Origin: Eledone cirrhosa | Taxonomy: Eukaryota | NCBI GenBank assembly: GCA_964016885.1 | Contig: OZ024766.1 | Coordinates: 11,656,001-11,720,000 of the forward strand | Direction: 5' to 3' | Length of the DNA: 64,000 bases | Translations under genes and position numbers: made by a program | Shown here: positions 52,283 to 64,000 of the stretch, piece after piece | How positions within the stretch are numbered: position 1 is the stretch's first letter | Layout of the letters: each line of letters opens with the position of its first letter | The notes under the pieces: model-generated | The model's database searches: none | What the model was told of the DNA's origin: nothing | Seen by the model: only the letters and a program-made list of their open reading frames with translations

Positions 52283-53235
52283 AATAAAATAATAATGAAA
52301 TTATTGTGTAAAGTGCTCAGGTGCACTACAACTCGTCAAAGGTGTATGTATAGTACATAGAATAATACACAAATGTCAGGGAAGTACATGTGTGTATGTG
52401 TTAGCTGTAGTGTTGGCGGATCTCGGGAAGCATGGAGGCCTTAAAGGATGCAGTGTCTCGACAGCTAACAACTGATGCAGGTAGTTTGTTCCATGGAGGC
52501 CTTAAAGGATGCAGTGTCTCGACAGCTAACAACTGATGCAGGTAGTTTGTTCCATGGAAGCCTTAAAGGATGCAGTGTCTCGACAGCTAACAACCGATGC
52601 AGGTAGTTTGTTCCATGGAGGCCTTAAAGAATGCAGTGTCTCGACAGCTAACAACTGATGCAGGTAGTTTGTTCCATGGAGGTTTTAAAGAATGCAGTGT
52701 CTCGACAGCTAACAACTGATGCAGGTAGTTTGTTCCATGGAGGTTTTAAAGGTTGCAGTGTCTTGACAGCTAACAACTGATGCAGGTAGTTTGTTCCATG
52801 GAGGCCTTAAAGGATGCAGTGTCTCGACAGCTAACAACTGATGCAGGTAGTTTGTTCCATGCTTCAGCAACTCTGAGCGTGAAAAAATGTTTCCGAAAGT
52901 CATGGGAGCTGTGCTGTTTTCTTACTTTGTGGGCATGTCCACGTGTGTTAGACACATGGAAATCAAAAAGGCACTCTGGGTTGTTGTTGGCAACATGGTT
53001 AACAATTTTGTGGGTGTTTACCAAGTCAGTTGCCAGGCGTTGGAGCTTCAATGTATCCATGCCGAGGGAAGCAAGGCTCTCAGAGTATGGTAGATGCCTG
53101 ATGGAGGGTATTCGCTTGGTTGCACGTCTCTGAACAGTTTCCAGGCGGTCAATGTTCTGAGCAAGATAGGGGTTCCAGACTGGTGTTGCAAATTCTAAGT
53201 GTGGTCACACCATAGCCATGTACAGCCTTAAATAG
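52283..53235 (-). mobile_element. CR1-like LINE 3' fragment with a ~61-bp segment amplified ~7x
   Basis: ORF 52770..53060: NTRGHAHKVRKQ...RKHFFTLRVAEAWNKLPASVV. (ATT)n tail. Tandem array at 52432-52861. Confidence 0.85.
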
Positions 53236-53496
53236 ATATCTATAGACAAAATATAATTAAAAGTGATATATATCCTAGTAGCAAGTCATTTAACCATATG
53301 TTACCTGTTTATCGGTAAATATACATTAAAATATGAGAACTAAGAAATTTTCTAATTGTGATTGAATTAATGAGTATATATATATATATTTATGTATGTA
53401 TATATCTAGTAACCAGTGATAGAAATCGACATGGTTGAAATAGCAGCCAAACCTTCCTCAAATCACACCATATTGTCTTATTTGTGTGTGGGTATA

Positions 53497-53828
53497 TCAT
53501 CATCATCATCATCATCATTTTACGTCCGCTTTTCCCTGCTTGCAAGGGTGGGACGGGAACTGATTCTGGCTTGATTTCTACAGCTGGATGCCCTTCCTAA
53601 CACCAACCTCATTTACAGTGAGTGCTAGGTGCTTTTTTGCCGTGGCACCTCCACGACCACTTTGCAGTGGAATGATAGGGACTCCAGTCCCTATCATCTC
53701 ATTTCTACAGCTGAGTAAACTGGAGCAATGTGAAATAAAGTGTCTTGCTCAAGGAAGCAACACATCACCCGGTCTGAGAATTGAACTCACAACCTTTCGA
53801 TTACAATCCCAATCCTCTAACCACTAAA

Positions 53829-53832
<4 letters not shown>
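53497..53832 (-). mobile_element. SINE family C
   Basis: Reverse complement of 7298-7626. Confidence 0.85.
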
Positions 53833-53890
<58 letters not shown>

Positions 53891-54134
53891 ATACTTGGGG
53901 AAGGTCATATTGTTGTAATAATATTGCCAGAAATAATAACAGAACACACTCACTGTTTGGTTGGTTTTCACTTCTGTATCTTTTATATCTCCATAGTTAA
54001 TTTATTTGGCAATCAATGGTGAAAAATACAGATATAAATATATATATATATATATAGGAACAAGTAAGACCCCGACGGCTGAGCTCAAGCCGTTTCGACG
54101 GCTAATTCTGGACTGAATGAAAATTTATTCTTGT

Positions 54135-54313
54135 GGCGGTGGGTTGGCAGTATCAGTAGAGGGTCGGACGGCATGCTTTCCAGCATAGTTACGTCCCTTT
54201 ACGATCTGAGTTCAAATCCCACCGAGGTTGACTTTGCCTTTCATCCTTACGGGGTCGATAAAATAAAGTACCAGTAATGCACTGGGTAATTGTGCCTAAA
54301 GTAGAAACAATTA
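54135..54313 (+). mobile_element. SINE family M
   Basis: A/B boxes and central domain. Confidence 0.8.
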
Positions 54314-54432
54314 TATATATATATATATATATATAGTCTAAGAAAGTTCTTTCGTTGCACAACTGCAACATCATCAGTGGGACCCTTATCATGTTTCCCC
54401 TGCTGTATTGTATGCATTGTAATGTCTATGCC

Positions 54433-54477
<45 letters not shown>

Positions 54478-54619
54478 GTGTGTGTGTGTATATATAAATG
54501 TATATATATATATAAATATATTATTCAAAATATTAATAAATGAAGACATTGTAGAGTGCTTTTAATCTATTGTAAAACTATATTCATTGAGTAATCAATG
54601 AACCATATTAATCTTTGGT

Positions 54620-54661
<42 letters not shown>

Positions 54662-54876
54662 AAACGTGTGTGTGTATATCATTATATAAATGGTATGTGT
54701 ATATAATAGTGTGTATACAATAGTCTTTATATAATGGTGTGTGTCTGTGTGTATATCAAGACTCATACACTGTTCACTTTCCTGACATTTGTACATTATT
54801 CTATGTACTATACATACACCTTTGATGAGTTGTATTGCACCTGAGCACTGTACACAATAATTTCATTATTATTATC

Positions 54877-55495
54877 AGTGAATTGGCAGTATCGGTAGAG
54901 GGTCAAACGCCCTGCTTTGCAGCACGGAGTTACGGCCCTTTATGATCTGAGTTCAAATCCTGCTGAGGTTAACTTTGCATTTCATCCTTACGGGGTCGAT
55001 AAAATAAAGTACCAGTAATGTAATGGGGTAATTGCTGGCCTTGTGCCAAAAGTAGAAACATTTATTACAGGGGCGATAAAATAAAGTACCAGTAATACAC
55101 TTTTGGCACAAGGCCAGAAATTACCCCAGTGTATTAATGGTACTTTATTTTATCAACCCTGTAATAACTGTTTCTACTTTTGGCACAAGGCCAGCAATTA
55201 TCCCAGTGTATTACTGGTACTTTATTTTATCAACCCTGTAATAAATGTTTCTGCTTTTGGCACAAGGCCAGCAATTACCCCAGTGTATTACTGGTACTTT
55301 ATTTTATCAACCCTGTAATAAATGTTTCTACTTTTGGCACAAGGCCAGCAATTACCCCAGTGTATTAATGGTACTTTATTTTATCAACCCTGTAACAATT
55401 GTTTCTGCTTTTGGCACAAGGCCAGCAAATTCCTCAGTGTATTACTGGTACTTTAATTGCTGGCCTTGTGCCAAAAGTAAAAACAATTATTATTT
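54877..55495. repeat. SINE family M followed by inverted 77-bp tandem copies of its tail
   Basis: Sense copy at 54877-55100. Antisense ttttggcacaaggccagc units at 55101, 55178, 55255, 55332 and 55409. Sense tail again at 55455-55490. Confidence 0.8.
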
Positions 55496-55525
55496 ATTTA
55501 ACTGTGGAGTACTTTATATTGATAG

Positions 55526-55750
<225 letters not shown>

Positions 55751-55928
55751 TAACTTGCTACTCATACTTATGTTAAGGTGTTGTTCTCAAAATAAATAAT
55801 ATCAACATCTCATAGATTCGATATTATGTGAGGGAATTAAGTGAAGCATAATTATATGCCTCATATATATATATATATATGTATATGTATATATACAGTA
55901 TATATATATATATGTATATATACAGTAT

Positions 55929-56276
55929 ATCATCATCATCATCATCATCATTTCATTTTACGTCTGCTTTTCCCTGCTTGCAAGGGTGGGATGGGAACTG
56001 ATTCTGGCTTGATTTCTACAGCTGGATGCCCTTCCTAACACCAACCTCATTTACAGTGAGTGCTGGGTGCTTTTTTGCCGTGGCACCTCCACGACCACTT
56101 TGCAGTGGAATGATAGGGACTGGGGTCCCTATCATCTCATTTCTACAGCTGAGTAAACTGGAGCAATGTGAAATAAAGTGTCTTGCTCAAGGAAACAACA
56201 CATCACCCGGTCTGAGAATTGAACTCACAACCTTTCGATTGCAAGGCCAATGCTCTAACCACTAAGCCATGTGCCT
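55929..56276 (-). mobile_element. Full-length SINE family C
   Basis: Reverse complement of 62478-62823. Confidence 0.85.
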
Positions 56277-56592
56277 GTATATATGTATATATATATATAT
56301 GTGTGTGTGTATATATATGTATCATCGTCATCATCGTTTTATGTCCGTTCTTCCACACTAGCATGGGTTCGACAGGTTGTCCTGTTGTGGGCAGTGTCTG
56401 GTCGGCTGACCTTGTCTTGCTCATACAGGAACTGATTCTGGCTTCATTTCTACAGCTGGATGCCCTTCCTAACACCAACCTCATTTACAGTGAGTGCTGG
56501 GTGCTTTTTTTCCGTGGCACCTCCACGACCACTTTGCAATAGTATATACTATATATATATACATATATATATATATATGTATACATATACAT

Positions 56593-57150
56593 ATGTATAC
56601 ACTGAGGATGAAAAACTCAGAGCTGTACGGGAGCCTCCCAAAAGTCAGCTCAAAAGTGACACAGAGGAGACTGAGGTTAGCTGGACATGCTTACCGACAT
56701 CCAGAGTTGACACTGCACTCAGTGCTCCTGTGGGAGCCCCTACATGGACACCCTGGGTTAGCTGGACATGCTCACCGACATCCAGAGTTGACACTGCACT
56801 CAGTGCTCCTGTGGGAGCCCCTACATGGACACACTAGGTTAGCTGGACATGCTCACCGACATCCAGAGTTGACACTGCACTCAGTGCTCCTGTGGGAGCC
56901 CCTACATGGACACCCTGGGTTAGCTGGACATGCTCACCGACATCCAGAGTTGACACTGCACTCAGTGCTCCTGTGGGAGCCCCTACATGGACACACTGGA
57001 AGAGGAAGACCAAGGTTAACGTATGTTGATGCCCTAAGGACAGACACTGGTCTGTTGGAGACGCAGGACATGGCAGCGATAATGAGGGACAGAGACCGCT
57101 GGAGAGAACTCGTCCATGGATCTCGGGAATTTAATCCACCCTAGATAGAT
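56593..57150 (+). mobile_element. RTE 3' fragment with the 81-bp unit amplified 4x
   Basis: ORF 56494..57144; (TAGA) tail. Confidence 0.85.
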
Positions 57151-57171
57151 ATGTGTATATGTGTATATATA

Positions 57172-57225
<54 letters not shown>

Positions 57226-58051
57226 CGTGTGGTAGTGTTCCCACAGTGTGAGGTTATTTGGTGCTTCCTCATTCTCTACTATTTTGGGTGATTGCTTTTT
57301 TGGCAGAAACATATCTGCAGCAGACACACAGACACACACAGACACAGACACACAGATACAGCACACAGACACACATACACGGATACAGGCACACACAGAC
57401 AGACATACACACAGATACAGCACACAGACACAGCACACACACACACACACAGGCACACAGACACACACACAGAAACACATACACAGATACAGACACACAG
57501 ATACAGCACACAGACACACATACACAGATACAGGCACACACAGACATACACACAGACACACACACACAGACACACACACACAGACACACACACACAGACA
57601 CACATACACAGATACAGGCACAGACACACAGAGACAGACACACACACACATACACAGATACACAGACACACAGATACACACACACACACAGACACAGATA
57701 CACACACACACACAGACACATGCACATACACAGACAGACACACACACACAGACACAGGCAGACAGACACACAGGCACATATACAGACACACACAGACAGA
57801 CACACACACACAGACACACACATACATATACACAGATACACACACACAGACACACAGACAGACACACACACACACACACAGACACACACATACAGGCACA
57901 TATACACAAATACACACACACACATATAAATATATATACACACACATGTATGTATATATATATATCTGTAGCAGACACAGAGATTCAGATATATGCAGTT
58001 ATATACACACACACACACACACATATTTACATATTTACAAGCCATGTGCCT

Positions 58052-58081
<30 letters not shown>

Positions 58082-58086
<5 letters not shown>

Positions 58087-58290
58087 AACGAGTAGGACCC
58101 CGACGGCTGAGCTCAAGCCGTTTCGACAGCTAATTCTGGACTCCAGAGTCCAGAAATAGCCGTCGAAACGGCTTGAGCTCAGCCGTCGGGGTCCTACTCG
58201 TTCCTATTACCCACTCTACTACCCTAAGTATTGAGTACTTTGGTGCGTTATGGTCCACCTGGTTCCTTACCACATTTCCTTCGTTATATA
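58082..58290. mobile_element. Palindromic element family H
   Basis: ~60-bp arms 58082-58206 centred near 58144. Contains GAAACGGCttgagctcaGCCGTC. Confidence 0.7.
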
Positions 58291-58299
58291 TATATATAT

Positions 58300-58490
58300 A
58301 TAATTGTTTCTACTTTAGGCACAAGGCCAGCAATTACCCAGTACATTACTGGTACTTTATTTTATCGACTCCGTAAGGATGAAAGGCAAAGTCAACCTCG
58401 GCGGGATTTGAACTCAGATCGTAAAGGGACGTAACTATGCTGGAAAGCATGGCGTCCGACCCTCTACCGATACTGCCAATCCACCGCCCT
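58300..58490 (-). mobile_element. SINE family M
   Basis: Reverse complement of 10820-11016. Confidence 0.85.
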
Positions 58491-58504
58491 TATATATATA
58501 TATA

Positions 58505-59915
58505 TAATGTGGCTGTGTAGGTAACACGGTAAAAAGCTCCCAGTCCACACTGTAATAAGGCTGTGTAGGTAACACGGTAAAAAGCTCCCAGTCCACGCTG
58601 TAATATGGCTGTGTAGGTAACACGGTAAAAAGCTCCCAGTCCACACTGTAATATGGCTGTGTAGGTAACACGGTAAAAAGCTCCCAGTCCACACTGTAAT
58701 ATGGCTGTGTAGGTAACATGGTAAAAAGCTCCCAGTCCACGCTGTAATATGGCTGTGTAGGTAACACGGTAAAAAGCTCCCAGTCCACACTGTAATATGG
58801 CTGTGTAGGTAACACGGTAAAAAGCTCCCAGTCCACACTGTAATATGGCTGTGTAGGTAACACGGTAAAAAGCTCCCAGTCCACGCTGTAATATGGCTGT
58901 GTAGGTAACACGGTAAAAAGCTCCCAGTCCACACTGTAATATGGCTGTGTAGGTAACACGGTAAAAACCTCCCAGTCCACACTGTAATATGGCTGTGTAG
59001 GTAACACGGTAAAAAGCTCCCAGTCCACGCTGTAATATGGCTGTGTAGGTAACACGGTAAAAAGCTCCCAGTCCACACTGTAATATGGCTGTGTAGGTAA
59101 CACGGTAAAAAGCTCCCAGTCCACACTGTAATATGGCTGTGTAGGTAACATGGTAAAAAGCTCCCAGTCCACGCTGTAATATGGCTGTGTAGGTAACACG
59201 GTAAAAAGCTCCCAGTCCACACTGTAATATGGCTGTGTAGGTAACACGGTAAAAAGCTCCCAGTCCACACTGTAATATGGCTGTGTAGGTAACACGGTAA
59301 AAAGCTCCCAGTCCACACTGTAATGTGGTTGTGTAGGTAACACGGTAAAAAGCTCCCAGTCCACACTGTAATATGGCTGTGTAGGTAACACGGTAAAAAG
59401 CTCCCAGTCCACGCTGTAATGTGGCCGTATAGGTAACATGGTAAAAACCTCCCAGTCCACACTGTAAATGTGGCTGTGTAGGTAACACGATAAAAAGCTC
59501 CCAGTCCACGCTGTAATGTGGCCGTATAGGTAACATGGTAAAAACCTCCCAGTCCACACTGTAAATGTGGCTGTGTAGGTAACACGGTAAAAAGCTCCCA
59601 GTCCACACTGTAATATGGCCGTATAGGTAACATGGTAAAAACCTCCCAGTCCACACTGTAATATGGCTGTGTAGGTAACACGGTAAAAAGCTCCCAGTCC
59701 ACACTGTAATGTGGCCGTATAGGTAACATGGTAAAAACCTCCCAGTCCACACTGTAAACGTGGTTGGTGTTAGGAAGGGCATCCAGCCATAGAAAACCTA
59801 CCAGATAGTCCTATACGAGCGAGACACGGTCACCCGACCAATCTTGCCTCAAGTGGGACAACTCCCGTCCAACCCATGCTAGCGTGGAAGAAGGACGTTA
59901 AACGTTGATGATGAT
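58505..59915 (+). repeat. 48-bp minisatellite (~26 copies) from the RTE 3' UTR, followed by the RTE tail
   Basis: Unit ggctgtgtaggtaacacggtaaaaagctcccagtccacactgtaatat. Tail ggacgttaaacgttgatgatga. Confidence 0.9.
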
Positions 59916-60156
59916 TTATATATATAAAAGTACCAGTCCTGTACTGGGGTCAGTTCTTCCGCCATAGAAACAATTCGGCTGTGTTCAGACCTGGACAGGG
60001 TTGGGCTCCAACAAGGATTAAAAGAGCCCTAGACACTCTGTATGAGGGTGGGTGTCTCTGTGACCCCACAAGGAGTTGTGGTATCTTTCTCCTTATCCTG
60101 TCTATTAGCGAGCATAGACCGTGAGTGTCATCAGAGATTAATTAAAAAAACAATTG

Positions 60157-62160
60157 ACACCACCACCACCACCACCACCACCACCACCACCACTACCACC
60201 ACCACCACCACCACCACCATCAGTATTGCCACGCCCACTATCTCTGACACCGACACCAACGACACCACCGCCACCACCGACATCACCAACACCAATGACA
60301 TCACCAACACCACCACCACCGACATCACCAACACCACCGACATAACCAACACCACCACACCACCGACATCACCAACACCACCACCACCGACATCACCAAC
60401 ACCACCGACATCGCCAACACCACCACACCACCGACATCACCAACACCACCACACCACCGACATCACCAACACCACCACCACCGACATCACCAACACCACC
60501 ACACCACCGACATCACCAACACCACCACCACCGACATCACCAACACCACCGCCACCGACATCACCAACACCAACACACCACCGACATCACCAACACCAAC
60601 ACACCACCGACATCACCAACACCACCACCACCGACATCACCAACACCACCAACACCACCAACACCACCGACATAACCAACACCACCAACATCACCAACAC
60701 CACCAACACCACCACCACCAACACCACCACCACCGACATCACCAACACCACCAACACCACCAACACCACCGACATAACCAACACCACCAACATCACCAAC
60801 ACCACCACCACCACCACCAACACAACCACCACCGACATCACCAACACCACCGACATCACCAACACCACCACCACCGACATCACCAACACCACCACCACCG
60901 ACATCACCACCACCACCGACATCACCAACACCACCACCACCGACATCACCAACACCACCGACATCACCAACACCACCGACATAACCAACACCACCAACAT
61001 CACCAACACCACCACACCACCGACATCACCAACACCACCACACCACCGACATCACCAACACCACCACACCACCACATCACCAACACCACCACCACCGACA
61101 TCACCAACACCACTACCACCGACATCACCAACACCACCGACATAACCAACACCACCACACCACCGACAACACCACCACCACCGACATCACCAACACCACC
61201 ACACCACCGACATCACCAACACCACCACCACCGACATCACCAACACCACCACACCACCGACATCACCAACACCACCACCACCGACATCACCAACACCACC
61301 ACACCACCGACATCACCAACACCACCACCACCGACATCACCAACACCACCGACATAACCAACACCACCACCACCGACATCACCAACACCACCGACATAAC
61401 CAACACCACCACCACCGACATCACCAACACCACCACCACCGACATCACCAACACCACCGACATCACCAACACCACCACACCACCGACATCACCAACACCA
61501 CCACCACCGACATCACCAACACCACCGACATAACCAACACCACCGACATCACCAACACCACCACACCACCGACATCACCAACACCACCCCACTATCTCTG
61601 ACATCACCAACACCACCACCACCAACATCACCACCACCACCGACATCACCAACACCACCACACCACCGACATCACCAACACCACCCCACCACCGACATCA
61701 CCAACACCACCACCACCAACATCACCAACACCACCGACACTACCACCACCACCACCACCACCACGGACATCACCAACACCACCCCACTATCTCTGACAAC
61801 ACCACCGACACTACCACCACCAACACCACCCCCACTATCAGTCCTGCCACCACCACCACCTCCAATGACATCACCACCACCACCTCCAATGACATCACCA
61901 CCACCACCACCGACACCACCACCACCGCCGCCACACCATCACCACCGACACCACCACACCACCACCACCACCACCACCACACCACCACCACCGACATCAC
62001 CACCACCACCACGGACACCACCACACCACCACCACCACCAACGACATCACCACCACCACCATGGACACCACCACACCACCACCACACCACCACCACCACC
62101 ACCACCACCAATGACATCACCACCACACCACCACCACACCAACACCACCACCACCAATGA
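60157..62160. repeat. (CCA)n-based minisatellite with a ccgacatcaccaaca anchor
   Basis: Direct inspection. Confidence 0.9.
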
Positions 62161-62250
62161 TATAACTCTAACCATCTGGTATCGTTTGTATATTTATACC
62201 ACATGTCATAACCACTGTAGATTATGACACATCCATACATACACACACAC

Positions 62251-62289
<39 letters not shown>

Positions 62290-62477
62290 TATGCGTATAT
62301 ATAAATACACACATATATACACACACGCACATATATATATATATATATATACACATAAAATACCTACACCAACTCACACACAGGCATACAGACACCAGAC
62401 ACATACACATACATATATACACCTACACACACACACATACAGACATATATATATATATATATATACCCCTACACATA

Positions 62478-62823
62478 GAGGCACATGGCTTAGTGGTTAG
62501 AGCATTGGGCTTGCAATCGAAAGGTTGTGAGTACAATTCTCAGACCGGGTGATGTGTTGTTTCCTTGAGCAAGACACTTTATTTCACATTGCTCCAGTTT
62601 ACTCAGCTGTAGAAATGAGATGATAGGGACTGGGGTCCCTATCATTCCACTGCAAAGTGGTCGTGGAGGTGCCACGGCAAAAAAGCACCCAGCACTCACT
62701 GTAAATGGGGTTGGTGTTAGGAAGGGCATCCAGCTGTAGAAATCAAGCCAGAATCAGTTCCCGTCCCACCCTTGCAAGCAGGGGAAAGCGGACGTAAAAT
62801 GATGATGATAAAGATGATGATGA
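62478..62823 (+). mobile_element. Full-length SINE family C
   Basis: tRNA head, CORE-like domain, hairpin and RTE-like tail. Confidence 0.85.
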
Positions 62824-63085
62824 TATGTGTATATATATATATATATATATACTGTCCACGCTCTAATGTGGTCGTGTAGGTAACATGGTAAAAAGCTCCC
62901 TACCCACACTATAAATGTGGTTGGTGTCAGAAAAGGCATCCAGCTGTAGAAAACCTGCCAAATAGTCCTATATGGGTGAAGACCAATCTTGCCTCAAATG
63001 GGACAATTCCCGTCTAACCCATGCTAGCGTGGAAGATAGACATTAAACCATGATGATGATGAGATATATATATATATATATATAT

Positions 63086-63436
63086 GGAGGCACATGGCTT
63101 AGTGGTTAGAGCATTGACCTTATAATCGAAAGGTTGTGAGTTCAATTCTCAGACTGGGTGATGTGTTGTTTCCTTGAGCAAGACACTTTATTTCACATTG
63201 CTCCAGTTTACTCAGCTGTAGAAATGAGATGATAGGGACTGGGGTCCCTATCATTCCACTGCAAAGTGGTCGTGTAGGTAACACGGTAAAAAGCTCCCAG
63301 CCCACACTGTAAATGTGGTTGGTGTTAGGAAAGGCATCCAGCTGTAGAAAACCTGCCAGATAGTCCTATATGAGTGAGGCACACTCACTCGACCAATGCT
63401 AGTGTGGAAGATAGACATTAAACGATGATGATGATG
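63086..63436 (+). mobile_element. SINE family C with a variant RTE-type tail
   Basis: Same head as family C. The tail switches to the gtaggtaacacggtaaaaagctccc variant. Confidence 0.8.
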
Positions 63437-63562
63437 AGATTAAAGCGATGAAATGCCTGGGACGGTTGGAGGGTCACTGATGAAGGACTTACTTTTTCAT
63501 ATGCACCACCATTTGCAACGCGCAGCCATCATTATTATCATATTTACATATATATATATATG

Positions 63563-64000
63563 TATAAGAGGGATAAGTTGTGGTGTGTGAGTGAGAAGAC
63601 TGAGATGGTATGGACATGTGATGTACATGGAGGATGACCGCTGGTATAAGAGGGATAAGTTGTGGTGTGTGAGTGAGAAGACTGAGATGGTATGGACATG
63701 TGATGTACATGGAGGATGACCGCTGGTATAAGAGGGATAAGTTGTGGTGTGTGAGTGAGAAGACTGAGATGGTATGGACATGTGATGTACATGGAGGATG
63801 ACTGCTGGTATAAGAGGGATAAGTTGTGGTGTGTGAGTGAGAAGACTGAGATGGTATGGACATGTGATGTACATGGAGGATGACCGCTGGTATAAGAGGG
63901 ATAAGTTGTGGTGTGTGAGTGAGAAGACTGAGATGGTATGGACATGTGATGTACATGGAGGATGACCGCTGGTATAAGAGGGATAAGTTGTGGTGTGTGA
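63563..64000 (+). repeat. 82-bp tandem repeat derived from RTE ORF2 coding sequence
   Basis: The unit reads GIRGISCGV*VRRLRWYGHVMYMEDDR. tataag at 63563 and 63645. Confidence 0.8.

Noticed and set aside
60070-60140. CTGATGA...GAAA on the minus strand
   Set aside because: Stem II does not close next to the core and stem I does not pair.

Overview
This is a repeat-saturated eukaryotic window, AT-rich with extensive microsatellites. The SINE, RTE and MITE types resemble those of octopod cephalopods, though the taxon is an inference. Only one host coding exon is recognisable: an 86-bp exon (55551-55636, +) encoding the first zinc finger of an HR3/ROR (NR1F) nuclear receptor, so much of the window is probably intron or upstream DNA of that gene. 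Retroelements include a 5'-truncated Tx1/L1-clade LINE with an open RT-CCHC frame inserted in (TATC)n, several RTE fragments, one CR1-like fragment and two tRNA-derived SINE families. There are also piggyBac-like and hAT-like MITEs, and many minisatellites formed by local tandem amplification of TE fragments. The most striking signal is a set of short non-coding elements inserted in (TA)n tracts, often as partly inverted pairs. They carry type I hammerhead ribozyme folds (CUGANGA...GAAA...UH) of at least 8-9 unrelated sequence families, some with non-canonical cores. This points to a diverse Penelope-like pLTR or retrozyme system. The folds were assigned by eye and cleavage is untested. Nearly all other ORFs in the supplied track are microsatellite artefacts.
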